Assembly (NCBI GenBank): GCA_028023455.1
Contig: JAQFVV010000007.1
Span: 9,734,001-9,798,000, forward strand
DNA from: Epiperipatus broadwayi
Taxonomy: Eukaryota; Animalia; Onychophora
Length of the DNA: 64,000 bases
Reading direction: 5' to 3'
The stretch's first letter is position 1. Each line of letters opens with the position of its first letter. The position numbers were made by a program, and so were the translations under genes. Shown here one piece after another: positions 15,001 through 29,210 of the stretch. The notes under the pieces were generated by a model. That model was not told the origin of the DNA and searched no databases. It saw only the letters and a program-made list of their open reading frames with translations.

Positions 15001-16370
15001 AATTAATCATTTAGTGTCTGCAAATTTATTTTTAACAGGTGACTAACAGCGGTAGGCACAATTAAATTTGACAATTAAAAATTAAAATCTGATTTTTAAT
15101 TGTAATTAACAATTTAAAACTTACGTAATGTGATGTGAAACAATGAAATTTGATTTTTAAACGGAATTGAAAATTAAAAAATTAAAGACAAAAATAAGAA
15201 TTTAATTTTTAATTGTTAGTTTTAATTAAATTTTGCCCAACAGTGGTGAGTAGGTGTCTTTCTATTATCATAAGTTTAAGTTCTTATTTTTATTTTAAAC
15301 TTTTAGTTTACCCTAATGGAGAGGAAAAAACATCTAAGAAAATGAATTTCTTTAGAAACAAAAATTTCAATTTTAGATCACTTAGTGAAATTGGAAGGAT
15401 CAACAGTGATTGGGAAACATTTTAGTTTTGGCGAGTCCACTATAAAAGCAATTAAAAAAAATGAAGTTGGCACTAGTTGTATTTCCTCTTGTAACAAATC
15501 TGAATTCTTACCAGTTTACAAACGAACCTGCATATCAGCAAATAGCGATAATAATTAAAATACTGTACATGTATGAAAAAATATAAAATACTGTAAATTA
15601 CGCATAAAAATATATTGTTTTGAATAAAATTAAATACTGTAGTTAATAAAAAAATTAAGTCTTGTATCAATTTTTTTCAAATTTGAAATTTTTTATTAGT
15701 CATATTTTAGTTCCATATTTTTTTTTACATAAATTTTAAAGTAATTTTACATTGTTGCTTTGCTTTTATGCGATTTTTAAAAATTACAGTATGTATCCCC
15801 CATTTTTCAAGGTAAGTTAAGTCTATTTTTGTGCGATTTCTTTTGTGCGCATTTTTTGAGGAACCTATTTACCGCATAAAATGAGACCCAGGTGTATATT
15901 ACTATTATTTATGCTTACTTTCTTATCTATCAATTCTCAAACTTCTCCAATATCCTCTTTTTTAATTTATCAATCACCCATTTTCTTTATAATCTCCACT
16001 TTTTATTGTTCCTTTATTTATCTGAATTCTACCATTGTTAAACTATGACCAAAACCTATATCAACTTGAGATATAGTGTTTCTAAAATTATTTCCAATGA
16101 AAATTGGTCATAATATTATTTCTCTATAAAACTCACTAATCACTTTCTTCACTCCTTTCTTACCCTTGGTATAAAATCTGCAACAATTTTAATACCTCTT
16201 TCCTAACCTATTACAGCAGTCCGATACCAAACTATTATTATCCAACTATTTTTATATTCTTCTTCAATGACTTTTCAAACTCTTCATATACATTTCTACT
16301 TAATCATTACAATTATTGATTGATACATATACCTGAATAATAACCAATCTCTTGAAACAACTTTAAACCT
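12050..16370 (-). mobile_element. Old decayed LINE, interrupted by the 14452-15894 transposon; boundaries approximate
   Basis: Minus-strand RT relics IDLEKAFDKV (13576-13607), GIIIGSK...(S)DDISV (~13330-13380) and a YR..LVGLLEII segment (~13870-13930); strong A-rich strand bias. Confidence 0.6.
14452..15894 (+). mobile_element. Non-autonomous Tc1/mariner-superfamily (pogo/Tigger-like) DNA transposon, copy A
   Basis: TA TSD; ~23-bp imperfect TIRs CACCCAGGTTTCGTTTTATGCGG / CCGCATAAAATGAGACCCAGGTG; internal 92-bp tandem duplication 14857-15040; no ORF. Confidence 0.88.
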
Positions 16371-17065
16371 GTTATCTGGGAGTCAGATTTAAAAGTTTGC
16401 AAATTTTCTTCATATAGGTGGGGATTTCTCAATTTAAAAAAAATAAATATGCAGCCAAAAGTCAATCCAGTCAATCATCCAGCATTGGCAGGTAAATGAG
16501 ACACCTACTTATTTGTAATTGTAAAGACATAATCTCAAATAATTAGGATTGATCAAATAAATATTTGTGTACTGATCTTAAAACAAAATCGATATGATTG
16601 TAAAACTGTATATTTTGTATCAATTGTGACAGGGTGGCCATATACATATGGACAATGAGTTCTAAAAGAGTTAACTTTATCTTTTTAAAAATAATATATA
16701 TAATGAAGAGACAAACTATATATGAAGATAAAATTCCAAGAAATATTCATGATTCATAGCAAATGATTTCTTTAAAATTCTATACATGAAAATAGTAACA
16801 ACATAAGAAATTTTGGCTTTATTAGGCTGAACTTAATCAAGCAGAAAAAATATAGATATTTAATGGTAGTACAGCAGAAATTTGATTTCAATTTGAATAT
16901 TTCCAAGTTATCCAAAACTTTCAATCTTACCGGAATTCTTCTATTAAATCCCCCCCCCCCCCAAAGCTTATTATGTGAAAAAGATTGCACGAACAAAAGA
17001 ATAAGGGGAAACAAATGAGAATGCACGCAAGTGTAAAAATGTTAATGAGAAAAATAAATATTTAC

Positions 17066-17175
17066 CTAAACTTCCATAGGAGTTCCTTTTCTTGTTCTGA
17101 TATTTCACTAAGAGGATCTCTCTTAATAATTTCTTGTAACTGTTCCAATTCCGCCTGAGGACAAGTTTTATAATG
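17066..17175 (-). CDS. PIK3CA: PI3K coding exon 7 (HYKTCPQAELEQ...DPLSEISEQEKELLWKFR), helical domain
   Basis: Acceptor ttttaaAG (an alternative in-frame cctcAG lies 21 nt downstream), donor GTAAAT; 110 nt, phase 2. Residues equivalent to human E542/E545 are conserved. Confidence 0.9.
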
Positions 17176-19353
17176 CTTTAAAAGAATTAACATACACTTC
17201 AATTTATAGATATCTTTATACAATTAATACAGAAGGAACAAACTAAGAAAAAAAAATAAAAATATATAAAACAAATCTAAAATTACAGAATATACAAGAG
17301 TGCATATTTCACAACAAAAAGAAATAAAAGGATTACTTTGTTATTAATAATATTAGAAAAAGGTTGCACTTTTCAAATATACTCCTTGTAGCAAAATATA
17401 TTCACAATCGCATATGCAATTTACACACACACACATATATATATATGTTTTTAAATTATATAGATATTGAAAACATTGTGCCAATAATATCATTTTCTTT
17501 TCAAATTTAGGAATAAAAATATATAATCTGATTATTCCGCTTCCATCTTTAGTAGTAATAATATAAATAGAAAGCTTGTAACTATTTAGAAAAAAATAAA
17601 AAACAACATTCCAGTTTAATAATCCATAGTGTAATACTAGCCAAACAAATGTGATTGCAAAATGAGCACAAGATCATATGAAAGAAAAGCAATGCTTGAG
17701 AATAACCAAAAAATTAATAATAAACTATTTTAGAATCTCTGTTGGGTGACTGAATAGCTAGCACAAGCTATGTGCATGTGGACACATACAAACATCAATA
17801 TCCATTTAAAATTAACATCAATCAAGATGATTATTAATAACAAAAATAATTTATTTGAATATATTCCAAAAATATTCTTTCTTCTTTTTGAAGTCAGTTC
17901 AGTCATAAATATATATAACTCCAATACATGATTTCTGCTTTTAAAAAAACCTTGTTTTTTACTGAACTAAACTTCATAAAAATTATCTTCTAACATTTTG
18001 ATCCTTTTCTTTTTTTAACGAGTTAATTCATTTACAATTAGTCAGACAATCAATGACTTTTTGATCAATTCTCTGTGAAATAGTCCTGGAAGACCATGTT
18101 TTTACAATACCATTTCACTAAGAAATAGCAAAGAAGACATCAAGCTAATTCAATATTTACTTATTTATTTAGCAAAAATATTATTTTTTAGTTATTAGCA
18201 AAATATTATAAAGAAACTTATAGAGATTACAACCAGAGGATAAATTCACTTTTGGCTTTATTAAGAGTTTCAATTCTACCTCTCTGATTGTAGATCGACC
18301 AATCATTAATTATATATAGCTCATGGTTTGTCCACATCTAGCACAGATCAATTGTTAAATCTCATTTGAGAAGAAAATAAGTATAGTGATTATGGATTAT
18401 CTCGAATCTGTTGATGAGATTCCAATTGCTTCTAGGAAGATCAAATCCATCTCGATTTATAGTTGGATATGGAAAAATAAATTAGTATGGAATCTCATAA
18501 GGATTCCATTTTTTATTTCATAATTCTTGGATTATAGATTCTTAGCTGAACAACCAAAAAAAAAGAAATATAGATTTAAGATGAATCTTAAACGGTAAAA
18601 TTATATCTAAAGTGAAGTAAAGTTCAATTTGCTTAACAACTTTTCATATATTTTCTGAATTATGTCTTAACAAAAATAATTATACATACAATGGTTTGAA
18701 ATGTGGATGATGCATTTGATATTATTAAGAAAGCTTAGTTCAGCAATAAAATAAATTCTTTTTTTAAAGAAGATGTATTGGAATTTATTTAATTATTAAA
18801 AAAATACAGTTGACTTTTTTTGTTATATTTTTACATTGTTATAATTTAGAAGAATAAAATTTTAGTTCAACGTTTTCTCACCAGATGGATAAATAAATGT
18901 TAAAGCTAGAAATAAGACAAAAGGATATGGAAATAATGAACTAGCTTTTATTAAAATTATATGAAAAAAAGAAATGTGTCTGTGTTGATAAAATGATCTG
19001 GTAATAATATTAAAGGGTAATAAATGGAAAAAAACTAAATATTTTAATAGCAGTATAAAAAAGTTTTTTAAATTATATTCAACTTTACTAATGGCCTTTC
19101 TGGGCATATGTCTTTTACATAACAAAACTTTCTGATTTTTCCTAAGGAGAAACCATTTTACATTTATAAATATCAAAAATAGTACTCAACATTCAAAACT
19201 CACAACATTGCTATTAATAATAATATTCATAATTTCTAAAACATATATGTATAATTTCAAGTACCTAAATTAATAAAAAATATTCACTAGGTACCTTATA
19301 TTCTTTATTTAAGCAAATTTTTGAAGCAAACAGAAATCGTAATATTTACTGAC

Positions 19354-19626
19354 CTGATTATTAGTCTCCATGTCTGAATCAGATATAAATTTTGCATATT
19401 TTTCTATTTGGTCAAAAGGAAACTTCACAGCATGACTAAAACGATCAAATTCAATTTCTAAACAAGGAGAGTCTTTGTTTGGATTAGAACCAGTGATTCC
19501 TAAAGGATTCAAAAGTTCATCCATTCCTTTTGGAAAGGGCCATAAGTGAAGGCTAACTTTATCAGATAATAATGTATCTCGATAATCAAATAAATTAATA
19601 TTTCCCCAGGCTAAAGCACAATGTTC
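19354..19626 (-). CDS. PIK3CA: PI3K coding exon 6 ([15 protein letters not shown]...DMETNNQ)
   Basis: Acceptor ttttatAG, donor GTCAGT; 273 nt; [14 protein letters not shown] motif. Confidence 0.93.
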
Positions 19627-20833
19627 CTATAAAAAATATATATACTTTTTTTTTACTTCGTGACAAAAATATAGATTAATCTATAATTAATAGAAATAAA
19701 AATTACATTAGAATTTATTAAAAAAAAGATATATGTAAAAAATATAAGATACATGCTATTATTTATAATAACATACCAACACTATTTAAATATTTTCATT
19801 TGATCTATAGTGTGCCAGTTTGTTCATCTTAGCAAACAACACAATGATTAGTCAGCATTCATATAGCATATCTCCATTATAAATTTGAAATTAGTAATCC
19901 AAATCAAAACACAGACGCTTTAGTAACTCGTGATACTTTAAGTCTTATCTATAAATATACCCATATTTTTAGTAACTGCAACCAGATAATTATTATGAAT
20001 CCCAACATTTAACAAGATGTTATTCGGTAATCTGCACCATATCCAACATCTCTCATCCATATTACTATTCTTAAGACTTCTGAGTTTTCATGCATACATT
20101 TGTGAATGGAATTTGTTCTTTTTCCCAACAGATGCTGACATATAATTTGTACTTATGATTTATGCAAGTAAGGGTAGTCGGTAATTCCATCATCTCTTCA
20201 ATGTGATATGACCGGCTCCAATACTTCTTAATTTTTTGAAGATAAAAAAGTTATTCTTCTTATATAGGACATATACCCTTTCTTATTTAATCTAACTTAT
20301 TCTTATTCTTTGCACTCAAACAAAGAGTAATACATGACCTAGGTTTCAGGATGCTGACATCAGTAATAATTATAATCATACAGAATAATTCTCCATAGTG
20401 AAGCAGCTGCAATTGCAAGTAAAAACCCTCAGTTTTAGATAATGTTTAAAATGAGTACTAAAGAATGAATCAATTGATTCATAAATCATTATCCTATTTT
20501 TTTTAAATGGCCTTTGCTGAAAGTTAATTTGTCTTATGTTAGGTTGGCCAAACCTCTTTACAAATATAATAAATATGAGCACAATGTGTTCGATCTCTTT
20601 CACTATCAAAAATTTATAGTCGTTAACTAAACATCTTGGTGAAAAACAAAGTATCCAAACTGTTTAGTTTCCAATAGGTTCTTCGGATTATATGAGACTA
20701 TATATAGTAAATGGTTCATTAATTAATATCATTATGAAGCATATATTTATATACTATGGATCAATAATAGAACAAAACCATTGCAAGAATTAATGTTCGT
20801 TAATACATACATGTTTTAAGATATAATTACCCA

Positions 20834-21256
20834 CAGTGTGTTCCGATGAAAAGATGATTGGTGTTTTCTCAGAGTTTCCTGAAATGTTATCTCTGAATCA
20901 ACATGTATTACATAGTTTAGTTATTCATCACAAAAACTTTAAGGTGGTAGCAGGTTTGAATCATGAGTTATGACATAAAAATACGACAGCATGTTTCATA
21001 CCTTCATAGATCATCTTCAATGCACTCCCGTCATCACAACATCTTGCAAACTATTTGAAAATCTTATGACTCATGGCTACATCACTTATCTCAGTAGCAA
21101 TTTTTCCCAATTTAATTTAATGTTATCATGTTATTCCATCACAGTTACGATAAAAAACATACCGTCATATTTCATGTTGTAATTCATAATCCGAATACAT
21201 TACAAGTTTTAACATTTATGTAAATACTTAAACTATATTCATTTTGGGACACACTG
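20834..21256 (-). mobile_element. Short Tc1/mariner-type relic
   Basis: TIRs CAGTGTGTTCC / GGGACACACTG with TA on the right; the minus strand holds a decayed transposase C-terminus (IVCKML**RECIE). Confidence 0.55.
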
Positions 21257-23612
21257 TATATGTTATCATTTTCATTTATATATAATTGTCATATCTGACC
21301 TTGCCTTTAGAAGTGGACTATTCCAATTTCCTTCCCTGATCAACTAGCATCCAGTTGCTATCCAATGGGGATTCGCGCACATAATCCGAGTGTCTCCTGT
21401 AAGGTAGGGGATCTGCCATTAAATAGTCAGCCTTTTTGGAGGCAAGGCAGAGAGCAATTCCTTCTGTCAACTTGAACGACTGAATGTGCTCTACAATAAA
21501 CCCTCTGCTATTAGCAAAGGTATTTTCTCTAGTCATTATCGTGATGCCCACGCAGCGAGGCAGGTCCACCTAAAGACTGGAAACTGTTACGTCCATAGCT
21601 GACTCGAGGCAAGCGGTATTGCACAGTCGGAAAAGTTTTACTTGAACTTGTGAGGCAGACTACTTATATAGCTGGAAGTGAATTCCATTACTCGGAATGA
21701 CTATCTCAGCATTAATTTGTATAAACCATATTTATATGTTCTATTAACTAACAGGTGTGTATATTTTTGTAACTAATAAATTATACATATTAATTGTTGA
21801 GTAGTTATCATTATTTGTCTGTTGGTTTGGAATCGAACCTGTAAATTTAGTCAAACACAACAGATCTGGCGCAATTGACAGGAAAATAATATTAACATAG
21901 ACAATATAAAAATGTGTCTTTTTATAAACAGACAATTATCAACTTAACTTGATTTATGGTTAACAAATTATAAAATCTTTCTTTGCAATAAGTTTCAAAG
22001 CACATAATCTTTGAATGATTGCACTGATAGATTTATATACTGAAAACACTCTTATAAAGTATATATTATTCAAAGTATTATATTTCTGATAGTATTTAAA
22101 ATAATGGGTGCTCTATAATTAACAATTTTATACATAAAAAAGTTTTATTCTGCTGCCACAATAAAAGATACATTTAATCTTTTTTTTATTTTGTTAAATG
22201 AAATTATTATTCAAATTTGTAGTAGTTGCTGCTAATAATTGATACTGCCCCTCTTATTCATACAGATATCTATCATTCAACTTTGAATAATGTTGAAGTA
22301 AAATTAATTTGCCCTAAATAAATATTTTATTTTTCATATCATTAAATTAAATTATTAAAAATATTACGTATTTAGAATATTTTGTGCAGTCGTGTAAGTT
22401 TTATATATGCCACATATTTTTTTAATAAATACGGATTCATTAAAGTCAGGTTTACGCATGGAAGAAAATCAATACATATTAGTTTATTTTTACTAAAAAA
22501 ATATTGGCAGAACTGATTTGTAAGAAGAAGAAAAAATGATTTAATGACAATACTCTTCTACAAATGGAATTCTATTTCTATGCACTAACATTAATTGGTC
22601 TCTAAAGTGCATTCACTAAATAATCTTGGCCCTTGACAATTTTGTGTTTTTAATATCATAACGATGTCTAAAAATATATACATTACATTGGAGTGTAAGT
22701 TATTTCATGTATTAAACCCAAGCAATAGGCTTTAAAAACAAATAAGTAAAATTCAAACTGTGAGTTATAGCATGTTTATCAGGTGTTCACACCTTTGGAC
22801 TACTTGAAGATGTTTTCATCTGAAAATATATAGAAATGATCTCATTTTTTTTAGCTGGATGTCAGATAATATTAGTTTGAAAGTGTACTAACATTCATTC
22901 ATTTTCGATTAATTACAATAAATAATAATATAGCTACTGCATAAGTTTGTTTAAAGAGTCTGCCTTGTTTAATCACATTAAGCCAATGTAAAGGAGGCTT
23001 TAATAAAATTGCAGCTATATTTGTGTTCACGCTCTAAGATTATGAGGAACTTTATAAGCACATTTATTTAGTAGATATTGGCTGGCTGTTTGTTGAGTCT
23101 CGATTTCCCGTGCTATCCATAATGTGAAATTTAATCAACAGAAATATATGTCTAGCAGAGAAATTAGTTGATTTTTTCTTCAATCACTACTGTTTAAAAC
23201 ATTAGAGAAAATTTTAAAGAGGACATATGTAACTAACATTAGCACTATTATGTATATATATAATCAGATAAAATAAATATAATAAATGAAAAACTCTGGA
23301 ATAAATTCAACAATATTCAATATACCAACACAAAAAAAATAATGGCATATATGCCATACGCTTGCTATAGATATTATTTATTTATTTATTTTAACATCAG
23401 TATATTGAATATTATTGAGTCTATTTCAGAGTTTGTTATTTATATATATACATACTAGCATTTTAAAATTCTATTTAGCAATAACATATATTAATGAACA
23501 TTTTTATATCTATTATAATGTTAAAATATCTAATCAAAGAAATATTATTTATATCAAAATACTAATACAATATTTTCATTAAAATAATTTTAAGAAGTTT
23601 AATAAATCTTAC

Positions 23613-23807
23613 CCCCTTTTCTTTCCTTTTTCGTTTAGTAACTGAACATATTGAAAGACAAAGTTGTGTACTGCGAGGAACATCAGGAATATTCAAATCA
23701 TATTGTAACCATTCATTCCATTTAGGATTTGAAAAGACAACTTGTAAAGTGTCTTGAGGAGGACAGAGTGGCTCAGTGCCATGAAAAAGACCCGTTTTAA
23801 CATAAAT
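23613..23807 (-). CDS. PIK3CA: PI3K coding exon 5 ([15 protein letters not shown]...[16 protein letters not shown])
   Basis: Acceptor attatAG, donor GTAAG; 195 nt, 65 codons translated by hand; absent from the ORF track. Confidence 0.95.
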
Positions 23808-23986
23808 CTATAATGAAAATTTACTTCTTGTGCATATATATATATAATTTTGTTTTTTGCAATATAAATTTTATTTTAGAAGTTATTTCAACTACAAAAA
23901 TACATATATAGTTAAAAGACATTTGCTTGTATATATGAATAAACAGACATAAATAGACCATATAAAAATAAAACAATTTTTCATAC

Positions 23987-24214
23987 CTTTTCCACTTCTT
24001 TTACATTTACATAAGTTGCACAAAGAATTTTGATTCTCAGCATATCATCTATATCCCAAAGAGATTTATAAGGTTGATTATTAGGAACAGGAATTCCACG
24101 TCTCATAAAAGATGGTATCGTAAATGTATTTTTAGGAAGATGTTTATACACACCTTCTTTACTCATCAACATAAGCTGTGGAATATCACCTTTCGCAATG
24201 CAATTTCTTACATA
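23987..24214 (-). CDS. PIK3CA: PI3K coding exon 4 (YVRNCIAKG...NVKEVEK)
   Basis: Poly-T acceptor AG, donor GTATGA; 228 nt; RIKILCATYVNV starts the C2 domain. Confidence 0.95.
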
Positions 24215-24879
24215 CTAAAAAAAAAAAAAAACAATAAAAATTATATATATGATATCAAAAATAAAAATGTTTTTTGAAAATATATATACACTGCATAAAA
24301 AAAAATATGAAATTCAATAAATATCTTTTCTGCAGTAGGTAACATAAAATATTTTTATTAACCATGATTGCTACATGTTAAAAGGTGATTGGGCACTAAG
24401 AATTGTGATGAAGGATTGTAACTTTGATAAAGTTTTATCAGAATATAACAAAACACAAATAATGATACACAAATAACATATATAAACATATAAAACAACT
24501 AATATCAGAACAAATAGTAAAAAAAAAAAGAAGCAATGTGAACAAGATTTTAGTTTCCACCATCATTAATTACACAATTAAATGAACTAAAATATGAAAT
24601 CTCCCAAAAATAGTATTCTAAGCATTTTAAACTATTGTATAATAATTTAGTTTTTGTATATATATCGCGCACATATACACAATATTTAAAGGGAGTTGGG
24701 CAGAATAACAGGAGTATCTTTATAATGATCATTTACATAAAGACCTGTTTATATTCTATATGGGATAAATTTTTTTTCCATTGTGGACTAGTAAAAAGAC
24801 AGATAATTTTTTGCATCCTAACAATATAAAAGTATACATTACTAATAATATATATATATGACTAGTAATGTTCAATAAA

Positions 24880-25060
24880 TTTTCTCAGAAGACAAAGATT
24901 GATAATCATGAACTAATGCCTACAGAGATACCACATGTGAGATAGATAGATACAATAAGGAAATTTGCTGGTGTGTGAAGGAGAGAGACTAAAGATCAGA
25001 AAAAGTGGATTAAACTTGAGAGACCTTTATCAAGTGCTGTGTATATACTGAAGCTGGAAA
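24880..25060 (+). mobile_element. Decayed RTE 3' fragment
   Basis: ccacatgtgagatagatagat...aaagatcagaaaaagtggattaaacttgagagacc resembles the RTE 3' ends at 3.8 kb and 49.3 kb. Confidence 0.55.
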
Positions 25061-27109
25061 TATTATAGCACATATTTCTGCTTCACCTAGTGCCAATGTA
25101 ATCAGCACTAGTATGGGTTTGAACCCAGTCTTATATATTAATTTGATTATTTGTGTTATTGTTACTAATTATGTATAAAATAAATAGGCAATAACTGTAA
25201 TCATAATCTCAGATATGTATAAAGTATGACAAATGTTTTACGATTTTTTCATTAAAGTTCGTTTTCTACTTAGTCAGGTTATAATATTTTATATTTTATT
25301 TTAATAAATATACACAAATAGTATGTAAAAACAATCAATTCAATATTATAAGGCAGACTTTGTAATTTTGTTTTATAAATTTATTAAATGTGTTACAAGC
25401 CATCGAATTATAAAATTTCTTATTTATAGAATTATAACAAATTCCTCAAATTTTTGTGAATAAAGTTCTTTTTTTTATTCTATTTAATTTTCATTACAAA
25501 TCTCAAATTCAATAGGCTTTGTTTAATGCGATGGCTTGTGAAATTTAATTAAAATGAAAATCAGATTTGTGTTATTATTTTTTTTAAATTAGCAAATGAA
25601 CCCTTGGGGCATGTTTTAATGCAGGATTGTAGATTTCCCACCCAGACAGACGCTGACCACAGAGAAAGTCATCAGAAAATGTCATGCACATTGGATCCTG
25701 ATAGATGAGGCTGAATCATATAAATAGCTAAATTTTGGCTATCAAGATAAGTTAGAGTCTTGTTCACAGAGTGAATATACTTCAAGCCATTTTAACTTTC
25801 ATCTAAATAATGTCGGGGTAAAAGAAGACTATTCACTTCCTGTACTCTGTTCTCCACCTGCTTGATGCCACTCCAATGCAGGCAACATCTAGCCTGTGAT
25901 GCTGAATAAATCAAGAAAGCCTGCCCTCATATGCCTGTCTCCAGCTATGTTTTGAGGTAACCCCGTTTGCCGCAAGCTCCTGATCTTTTAACAACACTGG
26001 TTTTAAATTAATATTAATCTATGATTAGTTTATACCCATTTATTCACTCTAAAATATTTATATGTAATATCTATACAATTTTTTTTAAATATGTCATTAA
26101 CTTTATTTTATAAAATCTAGCCGTTTTAATCTTAGTAGAATTCCATATTATTTTGATACAGCAATTTATTTAATTTTAATGTTGACTTAGATTAAGCCAC
26201 CAAGTTAAGTACAAAATCAAAGAGCATATTACAACCCTAGTTTATTATCTTCTCCGGTCAAAATTATTGCAGGAAATGTAGATTTTCCATTAAGTACATA
26301 ATAGATGAAGCTCATTTAGTTTTGTACGTTTGTTATTTTGGAAATGATTTAAATGATAGAAATAGTCTTAAAATTTTATGTTTCCTATTCATCAATTAAT
26401 CTTTACCCGTAATCATTTCTCAAAAGAAAATGTGATTTATTAAATTATTTAAGCAAAATCCATCACATTTTCCTAAACCAAACTTAATTCTTTAGGTAAA
26501 ATCTATTATAAAGATTTTAAAATTAATTTTTTATTAGTATTTACATTGTATATCTCATTTGCGTTTGATCTTTAGCACCTATGTATTAATTTATCATGCA
26601 GGATTTGTAAAATCTTACCTGAATTGAATTTGTGTTTTTTTTTTTTATATATGGTTTATTTTAATGTTTTGTCATCTAAACATCATTTGTCTATAAAGTC
26701 TAAGCCATGAGAGATTTTAAAGTTTGAATATGTGGGAAAACAATCTACTCATTAAAACCAAATTTAATGGTCTTAATTCTCACTGTTTCTTTTATATTAT
26801 ATTTTCTTAAGCTTTATTGATTGCCTATGGGTTTTGTGGACATTCCATTACGCTAGAGAGCTAACTATTTAAATCAGGATTGAATTCATATTTATTTGCA
26901 CAATATATATATATATGCGTGTATACGATATTATGTACTTTATGGTTACAATTATTTATTTGTCTCAGGACCTGCGGAAATTTAAATATGACTAATCCAA
27001 TAATGTTAGTCTCCCGTAAAAGTAGATGTATTTCCTACTAGGGATTTCCCTTTTCCAAATACTGCCATTAAAATGTGCATGGGGTACACATGGATAAGTC
27101 ACCCCAGCA

Positions 27110-27330
27110 CATCAACTTTTATTGTTATGCAGAGATATGTTTTAGTCGGCGGGCCAGCATGTTCTCTCATTCATTGACTTCTCCTAGCAAAGCCTCTTTG
27201 AGGATCGTAAATGACCTCATGTGTTCTTTTATTGTAGCCATAATGTCGTACCACCTTTAGCATTCTTTATTTATTCTCTATTTATGAACCTGAAATGCTC
27301 TCTCTACTGTAATGGCACGTCTCTCACTAG
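27110..27330 (-). mobile_element. Decayed LINE RT C-terminal fragment
   Basis: The minus strand gives RWYDIMATIKEH..ILKEALLGEV.E..MLARRLK, similar to the LRWYGHV.R...LLGEV.G.R..GRP tail of RTE/CR1-like RTs. Confidence 0.45.
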
Positions 27331-29210
27331 CCAATCCAGTTAATTAATTAGTCACATATAATACAGAATTGTTATTTACATAAGATAAACGTTTGTTTTC
27401 CCACATTCATAACTTACAAACTGTTTAAATGGAATAATGATCTAACGCAACTCATTCATCTTCAGTTGTCTATATATGTATAGAGGAAGAAAATAGATTT
27501 TCTTCAATTTATAGGCCTTATTGAGGGCTAAAATGATGGATATTTGCTGATTTATATTTAGCAGACCGCCTAAGCAACCGTTTATATTTGGTAAACAAAT
27601 GTATTATATTTTTGGCTGTATAAAAATAATTTGTATCTTAAATGGATTGCCATTGCTTGCTAAATTAAATTGCGGTAACATTTATTAATTACAATATTAT
27701 CTGATTTACTTAATGAATTTTAAAATATGTAATTGCGAGTCCAATAGGTATAATCAAGTTGTGTAGACAAACGTCGACGTATATTGTATGATGACACTTA
27801 TAAGTATAATAAATATATATGATATTAGTACTTTGAAATCTTGGTTTGTTATTATTCTGAATCTCTAACATAAATCCCTTTTATTAGTTATAAGATTTTA
27901 TGGGTTTAAATTAATTACTTTTGTTATGTTGCCATGAAGTTATTATTATTGCAGTTCAAATCAATCAAATCTTCAACTTACATAAATTATCAATCAATGT
28001 CAGGTAAATCTGTTGTATTAAGTCGTGTGTGAACCCTGAACTCTAACTGGGACAGAGTGAAAATGAAACTCGCCAGTATCATGAAAAGCATTGTTCGTGT
28101 AGTCATAGACCCTGGAGCACTAGTAAATAGGTTGGTATTGTTCCTGACTTATGTATCTTGCACATACTAGATGGATATATGTTTGCTTGGATTCTAGGTC
28201 TTGTTGAATGAACACATGATTTTGACTGGTACAATATATAATAAAAAAACAATGAAGATTTAAAATTTTGATAGAATAATTACTTTCCTTCATTCATTAG
28301 TAGCCATTCATATATGAGTAAATCCATCTAACTTCAGAAAAAAACAAATTAAAGACAAAGAAGAATAAATAGTAATCAACCCGAGAAACGAAAATATGTC
28401 CAAATATGTCACAAGTTGACTGTTTACTTTATTTCACATCTTATGACATTAGCATTAAATCTCTTCTATAGTAACTGATCATTAAAAAAACATAACTTTG
28501 CCTAATTATAGCTCATCAATGTATTCAAATCTCAACTTTATTTTTTCAAGAGAATCGATTGATGTTCAGAATATCTTTGAAATAATTTTTATTATATGAA
28601 CTGGATCTGTCAACTCTATAAAACATATCTTTAAGTCGATCGTACAATAATTTTTTTGAATATCCGATCCAATAAATATGCCTTTAAAATTATATGTGCA
28701 GTAAATCATATCCAGCAAATGGTTTTATAATTTGTCATTCTATTTTCAGAATAGTTTATAACTTGATAAAACAAAAACAGCTCTCCATTCCAGTGCCACA
28801 TATAGAAAGGTTATATCAGATAACACAATTCTTCATTCCTGGATCAGTTTGTGGCTTTTGCTTTTATCAATAGGATTTGGAATTCAAAGCTGGAGTTAAT
28901 ATAAACGTTCAAGCAGGTTGTCTTAGGTTCAATTAATGTTTTGAAGTGAATAGTTTCAGAAGGAATCCCAAGCCTAACTGATAAAAGCAAAAACAAATGC
29001 ACTATCACCTGATCAAGTACTGATTTCTCAAATGTACTATAGATGGCTGCTCTTCTTTAAATATTATGTAAGGTAAAGAATTAAACGATTTGTTATTATT
29101 ACAGAGAAGCTTTGAAATTTTTCTGACTGCCAGTACAATATGTTAACAGTGGGGCTTACGTTTAACTTCCACATGCTAAAGTTGGCAGAATAACAGTTAC
29201 ATATATATAT

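Noticed and set aside
25730-25990. Minus-strand IRSLRQTG...HRLDVACI segment
   Set aside because: Probably a LINE endonuclease N-terminal relic, but too broken to support as a feature.
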